From a virus, in IMG/VR virus record IMGVR_UViG_3300031998_000320: a stretch of DNA of 39,241 bases; one strand, 5' to 3'. Below the pieces are notes generated by a model. That model was given only the letters and a program-made list of their open reading frames with translations. It was not told where the DNA came from and searched no databases. Each line of letters begins with the position of its first letter. Positions within the stretch are counted from its first letter, which is position 1. This document shows positions 38,061-39,241 of the stretch, piece by piece. The position numbers and the translations under genes are program-made.

Positions 38061-38306
38061 CTATAAGTATTTGTTAAGTTCTTCTAGTTCAATGTTGTCA
38101 TTTAAGTATTCCCAAATCTTGCTAGATTGCCAGTTTTCTATATTTAAAGAATATATCTGTTCTTTAATTCCTCTTAAATATAAAACCTTTTCGCGTAAAT
38201 GGAAATAAGAAAAAGAGGATAGTTGTGCGTAAAAATCCTCTTTTATTTTTTCAATATTAATAATTATTTGCTTAAATTTCCAACTTGGATCAATGTGTAA
38301 GTTCAT
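38061..38306 (-). CDS. Hypothetical protein (81 aa)
   Basis: Track ORF. Start taken at MNLHIDPSW (ATG 38304..38306, AGGGGTG upstream). Confidence 0.5.
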   Translation of the reverse strand: MNLHIDPSWKFKQIIINIEKIKEDFYAQLSSFSYFHLREKVLYLRGIKEQIYSLNIENWQSSKIWEYLNDNIELEELNKYL

Positions 38307-38367
38307 AAGCACCCCTACTTTCTTTACTTTATTGTAACATATACATAAAAAAAAGGCAATATAAAAA

Positions 38368-38434
38368 GAGAATAGGTAGAAAGGTGATACATGAAAAACA
38401 AAAAATAATAAAAGGGGCGATGTTTCCTATTCTC
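38368..38434 (-). promoter_or_regulatory. Long-range stem plus U-tract in the leader of 38061..38306 (possible attenuator)
   Basis: GAGAAUAGG (38426..38434) pairs with CCUAUUCUC (38368..38376) across about 50 nt and is followed by UUUUUA. The arm sequence is shared with the terminator at 28942..28969. Confidence 0.35.
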
Positions 38435-38489
38435 AATTCTATATTAAAAATATAGAGGTAAATGTGTGGTTTATTGTACCACCAGTATA

Positions 38490-38518
38490 ATTATAACACA
38501 GAATATAAAAAAAGACAA
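38490..38518 (-). promoter_or_regulatory. Extended -10 promoter
   Basis: Minus strand: TTGTCT (38513..38518), 17 bp, TGTTATAAT (38490..38498). It overlaps the preceding terminator. Confidence 0.5.
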
Positions 38519-38536
38519 ATCACTTATTGATTTGCC
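38505..38536 (-). terminator. Intrinsic terminator after 38520..38708
   Basis: 9-bp stem GGCAAAUCA/UGAUUUGUC (38528..38536 with 38514..38522, one G-U pair), 5-nt loop, then UUUUUUU. Confidence 0.6.
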
Positions 38537-38708
38537 AATTCAACTTTTCTTTCCTTAATTTCTTTAACTCTTGTTTACATTCATATTTTTCTTTCTTTAG
38601 TTGTATATTTATTTCTCTACTTCTGAAATTGTCATATACTATTATTGTTATTAATAAACATAATATTAGTATAAATGGTATTAGTATTAATATTGATTTA
38701 TCTTTCAT
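38520..38708 (-). CDS. Small membrane protein (62 aa)
   Basis: N-terminal TM helix ILILIPFILILCLLITIIVY, then a K/E-rich helix. Confidence 0.5.
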   Translation of the reverse strand: MKDKSILILIPFILILCLLITIIVYDNFRSREINIQLKKEKYECKQELKKLRKEKLNWQINK

Positions 38709-39085
38709 TATTTGCCTTCTTTCAATGCTTTTAATTTATCTAAAACATACAACCAATGTGAGTTACTAATAATATTTAATCTATCTTCATCTATTTTACT
38801 TTGTAAATCTTTTTCTAATTCTTCTATTATATTATTTTGTTTTATTATTACTTTTTCTTTATTACCATTTTCTTTCAATAATGTTTTTATTTCATTATTT
38901 AATCTTTCTATTTCTTTGTCTTTTATTTCTTTTTCTCTTTTTAATTTATGATATTTTTCATACCAACTGTTTAATGCTTTATTTTGTTCTTCTATTTGTG
39001 TTTTTAAATCATCTTTTTCATCTAAAACTTCTCTTATAGCATTTGCTATTTCATTTGGTGTTATTTCTCTATTCATTATCATCAC
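38708..39085 (-). CDS. Hypothetical coiled-coil protein (125 aa)
   Basis: Track ORF. It shares KDKEIERLNN, and a 30-nt identical stretch (38895..38924 = 91..120), with the junction-spanning ORF upstream. Confidence 0.55.
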   Translation of the reverse strand: MMIMNREITPNEIANAIREVLDEKDDLKTQIEEQNKALNSWYEKYHKLKREKEIKDKEIERLNNEIKTLLKENGNKEKVIIKQNNIIEELEKDLQSKIDEDRLNIISNSHWLYVLDKLKALKEGK

Positions 39086-39241
39086 TCTTTTCTTTTAATT
39101 CTTTTAATTTATCTAAAATATTTTTTGATACTTCAAATTCAATACTTTCATTATCAAAGCAATAATATTCACTTGCTATATATTTTTCTAATTCATTGAT
39201 TATGTTATTTAATCTTTCTATTTCTTTGTCTTTTTCTTGAT
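39069..39241 (-). CDS. 3' part of the junction-spanning 75-aa ORF (39115..39241 duplicates 1..127)
   Basis: Same reading frame as 1..182 once the duplicated 127 bp is collapsed. Ends ...LDKLKELKEKSDDNE, with TAG at 39069..39071 overlapping the next gene start. Confidence 0.6.
   Translation of the reverse strand, partial: QEKDKEIERLNNIINELEKYIASEYYCFDNESIEFEVSKNILDKLKELKEKSDDNE
39115..39241. repeat. Terminal direct repeat, copy 2 (identical to 1..127)
   Basis: Same hand alignment as copy 1. A length of exactly 127 bp is typical of a k-mer overlap left by an assembler on a circular contig. Confidence 0.95.

Noticed and set aside
38391-38408. Plus-strand mini-ORF MKNKK with an AAAGGTGAT site, as a possible leader peptide.
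   Set aside because: It is only four sense codons after the ATG, lies on the otherwise non-coding strand, and has no promoter. It is most likely chance in A-rich sequence.
883-38951. All plus-strand ORFs in the supplied track, for example 883..1248, 3966..4244, 15117..15899, 17700..18737, 27827..28168 and 38527..38951.
   Set aside because: Each lies antisense to a longer minus-strand ORF that has recognisable motifs or ribosome-binding sites. Their translations are low-complexity L/F/I/S-rich strings typical of the reverse complement of A-rich coding DNA. None has a convincing SD or promoter. No plus-strand gene is supported.
39115-39241. Biological direct terminal repeat of the virion DNA.
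   Set aside because: The exact 127-bp length, an ORF running through the junction, and a headful-type terminase all favour an assembly overlap on a circular or permuted genome. This remains testable with read-end analysis.
1-39241. Integrase/repressor lysogeny module, toxin-antitoxin pair, retron, DGR or other reverse-transcriptase-based system.
   Set aside because: No ORF shows tyrosine or serine recombinase motifs, reverse transcriptase motifs or CI-like architecture, and there is no divergent transcription unit. Sensitive HMM searches of the many small hypothetical ORFs would be needed to exclude highly diverged versions.

Overview
The window is a complete, circularly closed genome of a very A+T-rich tailed phage. 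The first and last 127 bp are identical, so the unique length is 39,114 bp. Gene order is siphovirus-like, and the lysis genes (CHAP-type endolysin with two SH3-like repeats, Dp-1-type holin) suggest a low-GC Firmicute host, probably Clostridium-like. Every credible gene is on the minus strand; the plus-strand track ORFs are antisense shadows. In transcription order the modules are as follows. (1) 39085-37517: small early-type genes, then terS. (2) 37520-32992: terL, portal, an HExxH protein and a minor head protein. (3) 32956-24081: an accessory island of about 9 kb. (4) 23939-20237: scaffold, capsid, connectors and major tail protein. (5) 20162-13299: chaperones, tape measure and tail tip/fibre genes. 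(6) 13287-11576: holin and endolysin. (7) 11544-1: early operon from an operator-flanked promoter, carrying a Cro-like HTH, replisome organiser, G39P-like loader, Sak/Rad52-like annealase, C5 methyltransferase and nucleases. I found no integrase, CI-type repressor, tRNA or CRISPR array. The most unusual content is in the island. It holds a self-contained ORF-free unit of about 0.5 kb that looks like a large structured RNA. It also holds a run of compositionally extreme proteins (Gly/Cys-rich, Tyr/Gly/Arg-rich, Gln-rich) next to three glycosyltransferases. Two unrelated homing-endonuclease genes share a leader whose two helices covary. All functional calls come from motifs read by eye; no database search was possible.
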